Positions 53,624 through 62,396 of a stretch of 64,000 bases of DNA are shown one piece after another (positions within the stretch are counted from its first letter, which is position 1; the number at the start of each line of letters is the position of its first letter). The notes under the pieces are model-generated. The model was not told the origin of the DNA, searched no databases, and saw only the letters and a program-made list of their open reading frames with translations. Position numbers and translations under genes: made by a program. Source of the DNA: Eubacteriales bacterium (GTDB taxonomy: Bacteria; Bacillota; Clostridia; Oscillospirales; CAG-272); assembly GCA_041655935.1 (NCBI GenBank), contig JBBAEK010000002.1, positions 5,548 through 69,547 on the forward strand, in the 5' to 3' direction.

Positions 53624-54898
53624 ATGTTTATTGACCGAGTCAGAATTTATGTGAAGGCAGGGGATGGCGGTAACGGCGCCGTCACCTTCCGTCGCGAAAA
53701 ATATGTCGCCGCGGGCGGCCCCGACGGTGGGGACGGCGGACGGGGCGGCAATGTCGTGTTTGAGGTCGCCGAGGGCATCAATACCCTGCTGGCCTTCCGC
53801 TACAAGCGAAAGTTCATTGCGACGAGCGGAGAAAACGGCAAAGGCGGGAAAATGCACGGCAAGTCCGGTGAGGACATCGTCATCCCCGTCCCCCCCGGCA
53901 CGCTCATCAAGGACGCCGAAAGCGGCAGGGTCATCTTTGATATGGCACAGGCGCCGCGCTATGTGCTGTGCAAAGGGGGCAGGGGCGGCTGGGGCAATCG
54001 CCATTTTGCCACCCCCACCCGTCAAATCCCCCGCTTCGCCAAAAGCGGCACCAAGGGGCAGGAACAAGAGGTCCTGCTTGAGCTGAAGATGCTGGCGGAT
54101 GTGGGGCTGATTGGCTTTCCCAACGTGGGCAAGTCCTCTATTCTGTCCCGCATTTCGGCGGCAAAGCCCAAGATTGCCGACTACCATTTTACCACCCTCA
54201 GCCCCAACTTAGGGGTCGTCTCACTGGGAGAGGGCAGGGGCTTTGTCGTTGCCGATATTCCGGGACTGATCGAGGGTGCCGCCCAGGGGCAGGGGTTGGG
54301 ACACGAGTTTTTGCGCCACATCGACCGTTGCCGGCTGCTGCTGCATGTGGTGGATATTGCGGCCACCGAGGGCAGGGACCCGCTCGAGGATATGGCAACC
54401 ATCGACCGCGAACTGGCGCAGTGGAACGGGGAGCTCGCCACCCGCCCGCAGATTGTGCTCGCCAACAAAAGCGACCTGCTCGATCCGGCGGACCCGCAAG
54501 TACAGGCCTTCAGGGACGCTGTCGCCACCCAGGGCAAGGAGCTGGTCTTTGTCTCCGCCGCTACCGGACAGGGGCTGGATGAGATGTTGCGCCTGACCGA
54601 ACAGAAGTTGGCGACCCTGCCCCCCCTGCTCGTGTACGAGAGCGAGGTAGCCCCCGAGGAACAGGTCACCTCCGACCGACAGGAGACCACCATCCGCCTC
54701 GAGAACGGGACCTACTTTGTGGAGGGCGAGTGGCTGCTGAACCTGCTCGGACAGGTCAACTTTGAGGATTACGAGTCACTCAACTTCTTCCAGCGTGTCC
54801 TGCAGAAAAGCGGCGTGTTCGACCGCCTCAGGGAAGCCGGTATCCGGGACGGCGACACCGTCAACATCTATGACTTTGAATTTGATTTCATCTATTAA
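53624..54898 (+). CDS. obg: GTPase ObgE/CgtA
   Basis: MFIDRVRIYVKAGDGGNGAVTFRREKY Obg fold, GFPNVGKSS G1 motif, C-terminal OCT/TGS-like domain. Confidence 0.95.
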   Translation: MFIDRVRIYVKAGDGGNGAVTFRREKYVAAGGPDGGDGGRGGNVVFEVAEGINTLLAFRYKRKFIATSGENGKGGKMHGKSGEDIVIPVPPGTLIKDAESGRVIFDMAQAPRYVLCKGGRGGWGNRHFATPTRQIPRFAKSGTKGQEQEVLLELKMLADVGLIGFPNVGKSSILSRISAAKPKIADYHFTTLSPNLGVVSLGEGRGFVVADIPGLIEGAAQGQGLGHEFLRHIDRCRLLLHVVDIAATEGRDPLEDMATIDRELAQWNGELATRPQIVLANKSDLLDPADPQVQAFRDAVATQGKELVFVSAATGQGLDEMLRLTEQKLATLPPLLVYESEVAPEEQVTSDRQETTIRLENGTYFVEGEWLLNLLGQVNFEDYESLNFFQRVLQKSGVFDRLREAGIRDGDTVNIYDFEFDFIY

Positions 54899-54931
54899 TG
54901 TTGACCGCGCCCCTCCAGTAACCGACACAGG

Positions 54932-54974
54932 AAAAAGACCGCTCATACCGAAATCGGTATGAGCGGTCTTTTTG
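54932..54974. terminator. bidirectional terminator between obg and the convergent DUF4956 gene
   Basis: AAAAGACCGCTCATACCGA-AA-TCGGTATGAGCGGTCTTTT. Confidence 0.8.
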
Positions 54975-55011
54975 TCTGTCGATACGCACGGTGCGCCTCA
55001 CGGGCGTGTGC

Positions 55012-55704
55012 TCACAACTCCTCAAACGAACGCTTCTTGACGCTGAGGATGACGGGCAGGTTGCCGTTGCGGACGCGAATGGCGTCCATGAACTCCTTAG
55101 CGGCGTTCTCCTGTTTCAAATGTATGAAATAGGAAAGCTCGTACATGCTGCCCAAGTTGGTGGTTTTGGAGCGGGTGAGGGTGTGTGTGGTGGTGTAGGT
55201 CTCAAACAGATCGTCAAAGGCATCGATGTAATTGAGCGACTCGGGGATCAGGATTTTCAGCTCTTTGTCGGTGACCGAGGTGATCCCGTACTTGGTCTTT
55301 GACAAAATGAACAGGAGTGCCGACAGCACCACCGCCAGCAGCACCGCGAGCAGCACAAAGCCCACGCCACAGGCGATGCCCACGGCGGTGCAGGCTAAAA
55401 TAGAGGCGATCTCCTGTGCGGAGCCCTGTGTGGAACGAAAGCGCACCAGGCTGAAGGTGCCCAGGACGGCGATACTCATGCCCAGGTCGCCGTTGACCAG
55501 CAAAATGATGGCGCAAACCGTCAGGGGCAAAATCACTAACGACACCGCATAGCTGCGGGTGCACTCGCCGGAGCGCATGTAGGTCAGAGAGATAAGAAAG
55601 CCCATCGCCAGTGCCACGCCAAAGCAGAGAAGCACTTTATAAAAATTGATGTCCATCACAATGCCGTCATGGAGAAAGATACTCTCAAGGATTTTTTCAA
55701 ACAT
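55012..55704 (-). CDS. DUF4956 family membrane protein
   Basis: Four to five TM helices followed by a ~90-aa soluble C-terminal domain. Its ATG overlaps the VTC gene stop by 8 nt. Confidence 0.78.
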   Translation of the reverse strand: MFEKILESIFLHDGIVMDINFYKVLLCFGVALAMGFLISLTYMRSGECTRSYAVSLVILPLTVCAIILLVNGDLGMSIAVLGTFSLVRFRSTQGSAQEIASILACTAVGIACGVGFVLLAVLLAVVLSALLFILSKTKYGITSVTDKELKILIPESLNYIDAFDDLFETYTTTHTLTRSKTTNLGSMYELSYFIHLKQENAAKEFMDAIRVRNGNLPVILSVKKRSFEEL

Positions 55705-56413
55705 GTTTTTCACTCCTGGTTTTGAACATTTTTTCTCTGTAGATGGTCCCGTATTTGGAAAAAGAGGTGGGATAAAGTTGATGAGCCGCCAAAATGCGCA
55801 CCAGCCAGTGTGGGATGGTGTCACTCACCTTGAGCTCCAAGAGGTATCCGGCATCGAGGGGGAGTAAAAGCTCGCCGTCGTCCCCCGCAGCGAGGGACAG
55901 TCGGTCCTGCCGAAAGCGGATTTTTTCATCAAAGGTCAGGCGGAAGGACGGGTTGGTTCGCTCCTGAAAGGCAATGCGGTCATAGGCCAAATATAGTTTG
56001 GGCACCAGCTCGAAGTGTTCGACTAAATAGGAAAGCTCCCGCAAAATCTGCGAGTCGGCCCTTTGGGGCAGGATATGGTCGTTGAGAAAGGCCTCGGCTT
56101 CCCGGAGGGTCAGGGTAACGCGGCGCTTGTACACCACCCCGTCGTACTTCTTCTTAACCTCCACATACACCATATCGTCCGGCCCCGGCACGTCGTATCC
56201 GCGCAAGCGCAACTTTTCCTTATACATCGGCTTTTCGATGGAACGGCGAATCAGGTCAAAGTGAATCGAGTCATAGTAGACATTGGAGATGGTATAGCGG
56301 GGAAACTTCCGGTCGGGCTCTATGTAAGGCTCAGCCTCACGGAGAAAGGCCTCATACACCGCGGGGGTCAGAAAGTACTTTTTTTCCTGCCGGGCAAAAA
56401 TTTGTTGCGCCAT
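55697..56413 (-). CDS. VTC-domain (triphosphate tunnel / polyphosphate polymerase-like) protein
   Basis: N-terminal FARQEKKYFL (ExK-type tunnel strand) and alternating basic/acidic beta-strands (KLRLRGY, YVEVKKKYDGVVYKRRV, LELKV). 238 aa. Confidence 0.78.
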   Translation of the reverse strand: MAQQIFARQEKKYFLTPAVYEAFLREAEPYIEPDRKFPRYTISNVYYDSIHFDLIRRSIEKPMYKEKLRLRGYDVPGPDDMVYVEVKKKYDGVVYKRRVTLTLREAEAFLNDHILPQRADSQILRELSYLVEHFELVPKLYLAYDRIAFQERTNPSFRLTFDEKIRFRQDRLSLAAGDDGELLLPLDAGYLLELKVSDTIPHWLVRILAAHQLYPTSFSKYGTIYREKMFKTRSEKHV

Positions 56414-56468
56414 ATGGTTCCCTCCTTTCGCACTCGTCTCCCATGGCACCCTTTATGTTGTCCCCTCA

Positions 56469-57140
56469 CTATTTTTGGTGATTTGAGAGGGGGTTGATGA
56501 TATATTGATACACTTCCCTTGGTGTCTCAGCCAGTGCTGTGGCGCCGGCACCGGTGAGCTCGGCGCGGCTGCCGTACCCGTACAGCACCCCCAGCGCATC
56601 CATGCCGCACGCCCGTGCCCCCACCACATCATGCTTGCGGTCGCCCACCATCAACACGGTGGCGGGGTCGGTGACCTGCAGCTTTTGCAGGGCATAGGCG
56701 ACCACCTCGTCCTTTCGCAACCGGGAAAATTCCAGCGCCCCCGCCACAAAATCAAAGTAGTCGAGCAGTCCGAAATGGTCTAAGATGTCCAGGGCTAACG
56801 GGTAGGGCTTGGAGGTGGCGACAGAGAGGCGGCATCCTTGCGCGCGCAACAGCTGCAACATCTCCGTCACGCCGTCGTACACCCGATTTTCAAACTTGCC
56901 CGTTTCTCCATAGTAGTCCCGGAACTTAAGGGTAGCGCCCACCGCGTCCTCGTGCGAGAAGCCGTAGGACTCCTTGAAGGTTTCAAGCAAGGGAGGACCG
57001 ATAAAAAAAGAAAGCATATCCAAGTCCGGCACGGCAATCCCATAACACTGCAGAGCGTAGGCGGCGGCTTTGATGATACCTTCTTTTGAATCGGTCAATG
57101 TCCCGTCTAAGTCAAAAAAAACATTTTGATATGCAGGCAT
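56469..57140 (-). CDS. HAD-IA family hydrolase (phosphoglycolate phosphatase-like)
   Basis: FFDLDGTLTDS motif I, SVATSK motif II, GDRKHD motif IV. Confidence 0.85.
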   Translation of the reverse strand: MPAYQNVFFDLDGTLTDSKEGIIKAAAYALQCYGIAVPDLDMLSFFIGPPLLETFKESYGFSHEDAVGATLKFRDYYGETGKFENRVYDGVTEMLQLLRAQGCRLSVATSKPYPLALDILDHFGLLDYFDFVAGALEFSRLRKDEVVAYALQKLQVTDPATVLMVGDRKHDVVGARACGMDALGVLYGYGSRAELTGAGATALAETPREVYQYIINPLSNHQK

Positions 57141-57220
57141 GCTGGCTTCCTATCTTAATTAAAAGCTGTGCCGGGGCATGAGATCGATGCCCCGGTACGC
57201 TTGTACTGACCGTTGCGGGA

Positions 57221-58927
57221 CTATTTTACCAGGTGGCGCTTGATCTTGCGCGAGGTGGTTTTTTCAAAGGGTTCGGTGCGTATTTCGACCGCACGGATTT
57301 GCTTATGGAAAACCAGCTTGCGGTTCATCGCGGCAATGTCGGCTTTGAGCTTGGCTTCCATGTCGGCAAGAGGGGTCCCCGGGGCAAAACTGTCCGTGTT
57401 GGGCACCACAATAGCGGTCAGGACGACAGCTTCGTCCCCCGCCTGCTGTCTGCCCAGCACCACCGCCTCAGCGATGCCCTCAATTTGAGACAGGTACTCC
57501 TCAAGCTCCTCGGGGAAAACATTTTTGCCGTTGTCCAGCACAATGACCGATTTCTTCCGGCCCGTGATGTAGATATAGCCGTCCTCATCCAAGTAACCGA
57601 CGTCCCCCGTGCGGAAGTAGCCGTCCTCGGTGAAGACCTCGGCATTTGCCGCCTCGTCGTCGGCGTAGCCAAGCATGACATTGTCCCCTTTGACCGCGAT
57701 CTCACCCTCCAAAAAGCCCTTGTCATTGGGGGCACCGTCCAGAATTTTGACGGTGCAGCAGGAGACTGCGGGGCCTACCGACCCCTTTTTGGGAGCAAAA
57801 TAGGGGTTGACCGCCACCAGGGGGGAACATTCGGTGATGCCGTATCCCTCGGCAACATCGATGCCAAACGCCTCAAATTTTTCGACAAGCTCGGGGTTGA
57901 GCGGGGCACCGCCCGAGACGATTTTCTCGAGTCGCCCGCCAAATGCCGCATGAATGTCCGCAAAGAGCTTGCGGCGGATATCAATGCCGAACAGGCGCAA
58001 CAACTGGGACAGCCGAATGGCGAAACGCAGCTGACCGGTCTTGCCCTTTTTCGCCGCCTCGTCCCAGATTTTTTTATACATGGTGTTCACCAGCAGGGGC
58101 ACGGAGGCCATGCCTGTCGGACGGAACACCGCAAAGTTCTTGAGCACATATTTGAGCGAGTCATTGATGCCGACGCACATGCCGTAATTCATGCCCGCCA
58201 GGATCCCGCAAGTGAGCTCATAGGTGTGGTGGATGGGCAACACGGACATCAGGGTATCCTCAGGGAAAAACTCCACGCTCCCGCAAGCCGCATTCACGGC
58301 GCTGGTGATGTTCTTTTCACTGAGCATCACACACTTGCTGGTCCCGGTGGTGCCGGAGGTAAACAGCAGCTGTGCCAGGCGGTTGGGGTCTTCTGTTTGC
58401 GGGAAGTCATAGCCTTGTTGTTCCGCGCCCAGCGCCAGCACCCGGTCAAACGGCACGACCTTTGGGTGTGCGGGAAGGTCCGGCCCCCCCTCCATAGGGA
58501 TGAAAAACTGCACCGTTTGGTGCGTATCATAGGCGTCGGCGAGCTTGGCATGAAAGGCGTAGGGGTACACCAACGCATCGGCCTTGGCACGAACCAGAAA
58601 ACGAAGCAGCTCCTCGGTCGGCAGCTCCTTGTCCATCGGAATGGCCACGCCGCCGCCCGCCACGGTCGCCAGGTAAGCTGTCACCCAGGCAGGAGAGGTC
58701 TCGCCCACCACGGCCACACGCTTGCCTGCCAGACCCAGCGAAGCAAAACCCGCCGCCATGTCCCGGACCATACCGGTCAGTGTGCGGTAGCTCATCTCGG
58801 TGAGCTGGTGGTTGCCGGTATAGTAGCGAAAGGCGATTTTGTCGCCGTGTCCCTCCCAGTTGGCCACATACTGACGCATGCTGTATACAGGGGTAAACCT
58901 GCGCTCGTTCCTGCTCTTTTTTCTCAT
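57221..58927 (-). CDS. AMP-dependent long-chain acyl-CoA synthetase/ligase
   Basis: LLFTSGTTGTSKCVMLS AMP-binding motif, TGD and GRKKS motifs. 568 aa. Confidence 0.88.
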   Translation of the reverse strand: MRKKSRNERRFTPVYSMRQYVANWEGHGDKIAFRYYTGNHQLTEMSYRTLTGMVRDMAAGFASLGLAGKRVAVVGETSPAWVTAYLATVAGGGVAIPMDKELPTEELLRFLVRAKADALVYPYAFHAKLADAYDTHQTVQFFIPMEGGPDLPAHPKVVPFDRVLALGAEQQGYDFPQTEDPNRLAQLLFTSGTTGTSKCVMLSEKNITSAVNAACGSVEFFPEDTLMSVLPIHHTYELTCGILAGMNYGMCVGINDSLKYVLKNFAVFRPTGMASVPLLVNTMYKKIWDEAAKKGKTGQLRFAIRLSQLLRLFGIDIRRKLFADIHAAFGGRLEKIVSGGAPLNPELVEKFEAFGIDVAEGYGITECSPLVAVNPYFAPKKGSVGPAVSCCTVKILDGAPNDKGFLEGEIAVKGDNVMLGYADDEAANAEVFTEDGYFRTGDVGYLDEDGYIYITGRKKSVIVLDNGKNVFPEELEEYLSQIEGIAEAVVLGRQQAGDEAVVLTAIVVPNTDSFAPGTPLADMEAKLKADIAAMNRKLVFHKQIRAVEIRTEPFEKTTSRKIKRHLVK

Positions 58928-59000
58928 GTCGTTCCCCTCTCAAGTCGGCCTGACGATCAATGAAAACTTAAGGTAATTATAACATCCCTTTGAGATTGTG

Positions 59001-60413
59001 TCAAGCTTTTGACTGCAAAGATATTTTCTGAGTGACATACTGATCAATGGCGGCGGCGGCGCGTTTTCCCGCCCCCATCGCCGCAATCACGGTAGCCGCG
59101 CCGGTGACGGCATCCCCGCCCGCGAATACGCCCGGACGGGAGGTGGCGCCGCTCGACTCCTCTGCCACGATACCGCCCCAGCGCTCGACCGCCAGCCCCG
59201 CCGTGGTATTCTTGATGAGCGGGTTCGGAGAGGTACCGATTGCCATGATCACGACATCCAGCGGGATGGTATACTCACTGCCCTCCCTGACATGCGGGCT
59301 GCGCCTTCCCGAGGCGTCCGGCTCGCCCAGCGTCATCTCCACACACTCCATGCCGCCCACGAACCCTGCCTCACCGGGGATGATGCGGGTGGGGTTGGTC
59401 AGAAAACTGAAGGCGACCCCCTCCTCTTTGGCGTGTTCGACCTCCTCCGCGCGGGCAGGCAGCTCAGCCTCCGAGCGGCGGTAGATGATCTGCACATGTG
59501 AGGCGCCGAGGCGCTTGGCGCAGCGGGCGGCGTCCATGGCGACATTGCCGCCCCCCACCACCGCCACGCGCGAGCCCTTGAAAATGGGGGTGCTGGCGTT
59601 CTTTTTGTAGGCTTTCATCAGGTTGACACGGGTCAGAAACTCGTTGGCGCTGTATACCCCTTTCAGGGTTTCGCCCGGGATGTCCATGAAGCGGGGCAGT
59701 CCGGCGCCCGTGCCGATAAAGACGGCGTCAAAGCCCTCCTCGTCCAGCAGCTCGTCCACCGAGACGACCTTGCCCACCACCATATTGACCGCGAACACCA
59801 CACCCATCTGTTGCAGATTTTCCACCTCCGCGCGCACAATGTCCTTGGGCAGACGGAACTCCGGGATGCCGTACACCAGCACCCCGCCCGCGACATGCAG
59901 GGCTTCAAACACCGTGACGGCATAGCCCGCCCGTGCCAGGTCCCCCGCGCAGGCCAGCCCGGCGGGACCCGAGCCGATGACCGCCACACGGTGCCCGTTG
60001 GGGACGGGCATCTTGGGGGGCTGCCGGTGGTGCTGCAGGTGGTAGTCGGCGACAAAACGCTCCAGCCGGCCAATCCCCACCGGCTCACCTTTCAGGCCCC
60101 TGACGCACACGCGCTCGCACTGGCTCTCCTGCGGGCAAACCCTGCCGCAGACGGCGGGCAGGGAGTTGGTGGAGAGGATGATCTGGTATGCCTTTTCAAA
60201 CTCGCCCGCCGCCACCGCCGCGATAAATTCCGGGATGTGCACATTGACAGGACAGCCCGCCACGCAGGGCTGGTGCCGGCAGTTCAGGCAGCGCCGGGCC
60301 TCCTCCATGGCCATCTCGGGGGTATACCCTGTGGCGACCTCATCAAAAGTTTGGGCGCGGAGGACGGGGTCAAGGTGCGGCATGGGGGTCTTGACAGGAG
60401 AATTATTTTTCAT
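59001..60413 (-). CDS. nfnB: NfnB-type NADPH-dependent glutamate-synthase-small-chain-like oxidoreductase (GltD/SudA family)
   Basis: CLNCRHQPCVAGCPV and CGRVCPQESQCERVC Fe-S motifs, two Rossmann GxGxxG motifs (VIGSGPAG, VVGGGNVAMD). ATG 60413. Confidence 0.86.
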   Translation of the reverse strand: MKNNSPVKTPMPHLDPVLRAQTFDEVATGYTPEMAMEEARRCLNCRHQPCVAGCPVNVHIPEFIAAVAAGEFEKAYQIILSTNSLPAVCGRVCPQESQCERVCVRGLKGEPVGIGRLERFVADYHLQHHRQPPKMPVPNGHRVAVIGSGPAGLACAGDLARAGYAVTVFEALHVAGGVLVYGIPEFRLPKDIVRAEVENLQQMGVVFAVNMVVGKVVSVDELLDEEGFDAVFIGTGAGLPRFMDIPGETLKGVYSANEFLTRVNLMKAYKKNASTPIFKGSRVAVVGGGNVAMDAARCAKRLGASHVQIIYRRSEAELPARAEEVEHAKEEGVAFSFLTNPTRIIPGEAGFVGGMECVEMTLGEPDASGRRSPHVREGSEYTIPLDVVIMAIGTSPNPLIKNTTAGLAVERWGGIVAEESSGATSRPGVFAGGDAVTGAATVIAAMGAGKRAAAAIDQYVTQKISLQSKA

Positions 60414-61254
60414 CGATGTTACCTTCTTTGAATAAGTTACAGGCTTCCCGGTGCTCCCTCTGCTCAAAGGGTCTGTACATATCGGAGCGCGCCATGGCGT
60501 CCGCAAAGTCCACTTCATGAGCATCAAAGTCGGGACCGTCCACACAGGCGAACTTTATCTTCCCGCCCACCAGCAGGCGGCAGCCGCCGCACATGCCGGT
60601 GCCGTCAATCATGACCGGGTTCATGCTGACTACGGTTTTGATGCCGTAGGATTTGGTCAGCGCCGCCACAAACTTCATCATCACCAGCGGTCCCACGGCA
60701 AACACCATGTCATACTGTTCGCCGCTGTCAATCAGCGCTTGCAGCGCATGGGTCACCAGCCCCTTCTCTCCGGCGCTGCCGTCGTCGGTCATGAGTTTCA
60801 TACGGGTGGCAATCGCCTTGAAGTCCTCCGCCAAAATGACCAGCTCCTTGTTTCTGAACCCCACGATGGCGTGTACCTCACAGCCGCTCTGTGCCAGCTT
60901 TTTCGCCACGGGAAAGGCGATGGCACAGCCAACACCCCCACCGACAACCGCTACTTTGCGCAGTCCTTCGATTTCGGTGGCGCGTCCCAAGGGACCGACA
61001 AAGTCGGCGATGGCGTCCCCCACCTGCAGGTGGTTGAGCTTTTCGGTCGTCGCCCCCACCACCTGAAAAATGATGGTGACGGTGCCCGCCTCCCGGTCAT
61101 AGTCGGCGATGGTCAGCGGGATGCGCTCTCCCTCGTCATCCACACGCAGGATGATAAACTGCCCGGGCTCGGCTTTGCGGGCGATCCGCGGGGCATCCAC
61201 CACCATTTTGGTGACGGTCGGGTTGAGCGGGATTTTCTCTCGGATGGTAAACAT
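60403..61254 (-). CDS. nfnA: NfnA-type ferredoxin-NADP reductase-like subunit (SudB/PyrK family)
   Basis: FAD/NAD(P) binding fold (RIPLTIADY, GPLG, VVGGGVGCA) and C-terminal 2Fe-2S CGGCRLL...FACVDGP. Overlaps nfnB by 11 nt. Confidence 0.86.
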   Translation of the reverse strand: MFTIREKIPLNPTVTKMVVDAPRIARKAEPGQFIILRVDDEGERIPLTIADYDREAGTVTIIFQVVGATTEKLNHLQVGDAIADFVGPLGRATEIEGLRKVAVVGGGVGCAIAFPVAKKLAQSGCEVHAIVGFRNKELVILAEDFKAIATRMKLMTDDGSAGEKGLVTHALQALIDSGEQYDMVFAVGPLVMMKFVAALTKSYGIKTVVSMNPVMIDGTGMCGGCRLLVGGKIKFACVDGPDFDAHEVDFADAMARSDMYRPFEQREHREACNLFKEGNIDEK

Positions 61255-61350
61255 TGTATACACCTCTTTACTATGGATGGGCGCAGGGAAACTCTGCGTT
61301 CGGGTACGGTAATGCCACATTGCAAATATCATACCATGTCGGGCGGCTTT

Positions 61351-61394
61351 TGTAAAGATTCATTCTTTACATATTTGCAAATGAGTGCTATACT
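61351..61394. promoter_or_regulatory. divergent promoter core: palindrome TGTAAAGA-TTCAT-TCTTTACA supplying a TTTACA -35 on each strand
   Basis: Plus strand: TTTACA 61366-61371, 17 nt, TATACT 61389-61394 (AEC transporter). Minus strand: TTTACA (61356..61351), 17 nt, TATGAT (61333..61328; nfnAB). Confidence 0.55.
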
Positions 61395-61420
61395 ATAGGG
61401 GCATGTAACGGAGGGCGCGT

Positions 61421-62365
61421 ATGAGAGAGGTTTTTTGGAACACGGCGACAGGGGTGCTCCCTGCTTTTTTGGTGATATTCATCGGCGCGTTTCTCCATCG
61501 GCTGGGTTTTTTTGGGAAGCAGACCAAGGACGATATCATCAGGCTGATTTTTTATGTGGGCACACCCGCCCTCATTATCCGGCAACTGGTGGCCGCTGAT
61601 TTCAGCCGGCTGTTCAACCCTCGGTTTCTCCTCTATCTGCTGCTGATCAGCTTGCTGCTGGTGGCGCTGGCCATCGCTCTTTCCTGGTTCATCAAAGATC
61701 CCCGCAAAAAGGGGGCAGTGGTGCAGATCGCTTTCCGCGCCAACATTGCCATTATCGGACTGCCCATCGCAGCCGGACTGATGGATGCCCAGGGCGTGTC
61801 GCTGATGGCGCTCTCGCTGGCACTGATGATTCCCCTCTATAACATTTTGGTAGTGATTATTCTCTCCCACTACGGCACGCCCGGGCAACGCCTGGGCCAA
61901 ACGCTGCTGAACATTGCCCGCAACCCCCTGATCCTCGCGGTGGTCGTCGGCATCCTGCTGAAATGGTCGGGCATTCCCATGGGGGGAACGTCGGTGCAGT
62001 ATCAGGTGCTGAATTATTTAGGGCAGATCGCGCAGGTCATGGGGCTGTTGGTCATCGGCACGGAGATCAAGCTCAGAGGGATGCGCGCAGACAGGGGCTA
62101 TGTCCTTTACAGCATTTTTTTGCGGAACGTGCTGTCTCCCGTTTTGTTGCTGGTCCCTGCCATTTGGCTGGGCTTTCGGGGCAATGAGCTGCTGGTCCTC
62201 GCCGTCATCGGTGCCGCTCCGCCCGCCATCAACTGCTATGTGATGGCGAAACAGATGGGGGTTTGCACCAATGTGACCGCATACAGCATCTCTTTGTCAA
62301 CTTTAGTATCCATTTTCAGCGTCTTTGTCTCTGTCTTTGTTCTGCATGCCGCCGGGTTGGCATAG
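61421..62365 (+). CDS. AEC (auxin efflux carrier) family transporter
   Basis: Ten TM helices and typical AEC N-terminus. 314 aa. Confidence 0.85.
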   Translation: MREVFWNTATGVLPAFLVIFIGAFLHRLGFFGKQTKDDIIRLIFYVGTPALIIRQLVAADFSRLFNPRFLLYLLLISLLLVALAIALSWFIKDPRKKGAVVQIAFRANIAIIGLPIAAGLMDAQGVSLMALSLALMIPLYNILVVIILSHYGTPGQRLGQTLLNIARNPLILAVVVGILLKWSGIPMGGTSVQYQVLNYLGQIAQVMGLLVIGTEIKLRGMRADRGYVLYSIFLRNVLSPVLLLVPAIWLGFRGNELLVLAVIGAAPPAINCYVMAKQMGVCTNVTAYSISLSTLVSIFSVFVSVFVLHAAGLA

Positions 62366-62396
62366 CACCCCCAAAAAACCTGCCGCGGGCGGCCGT

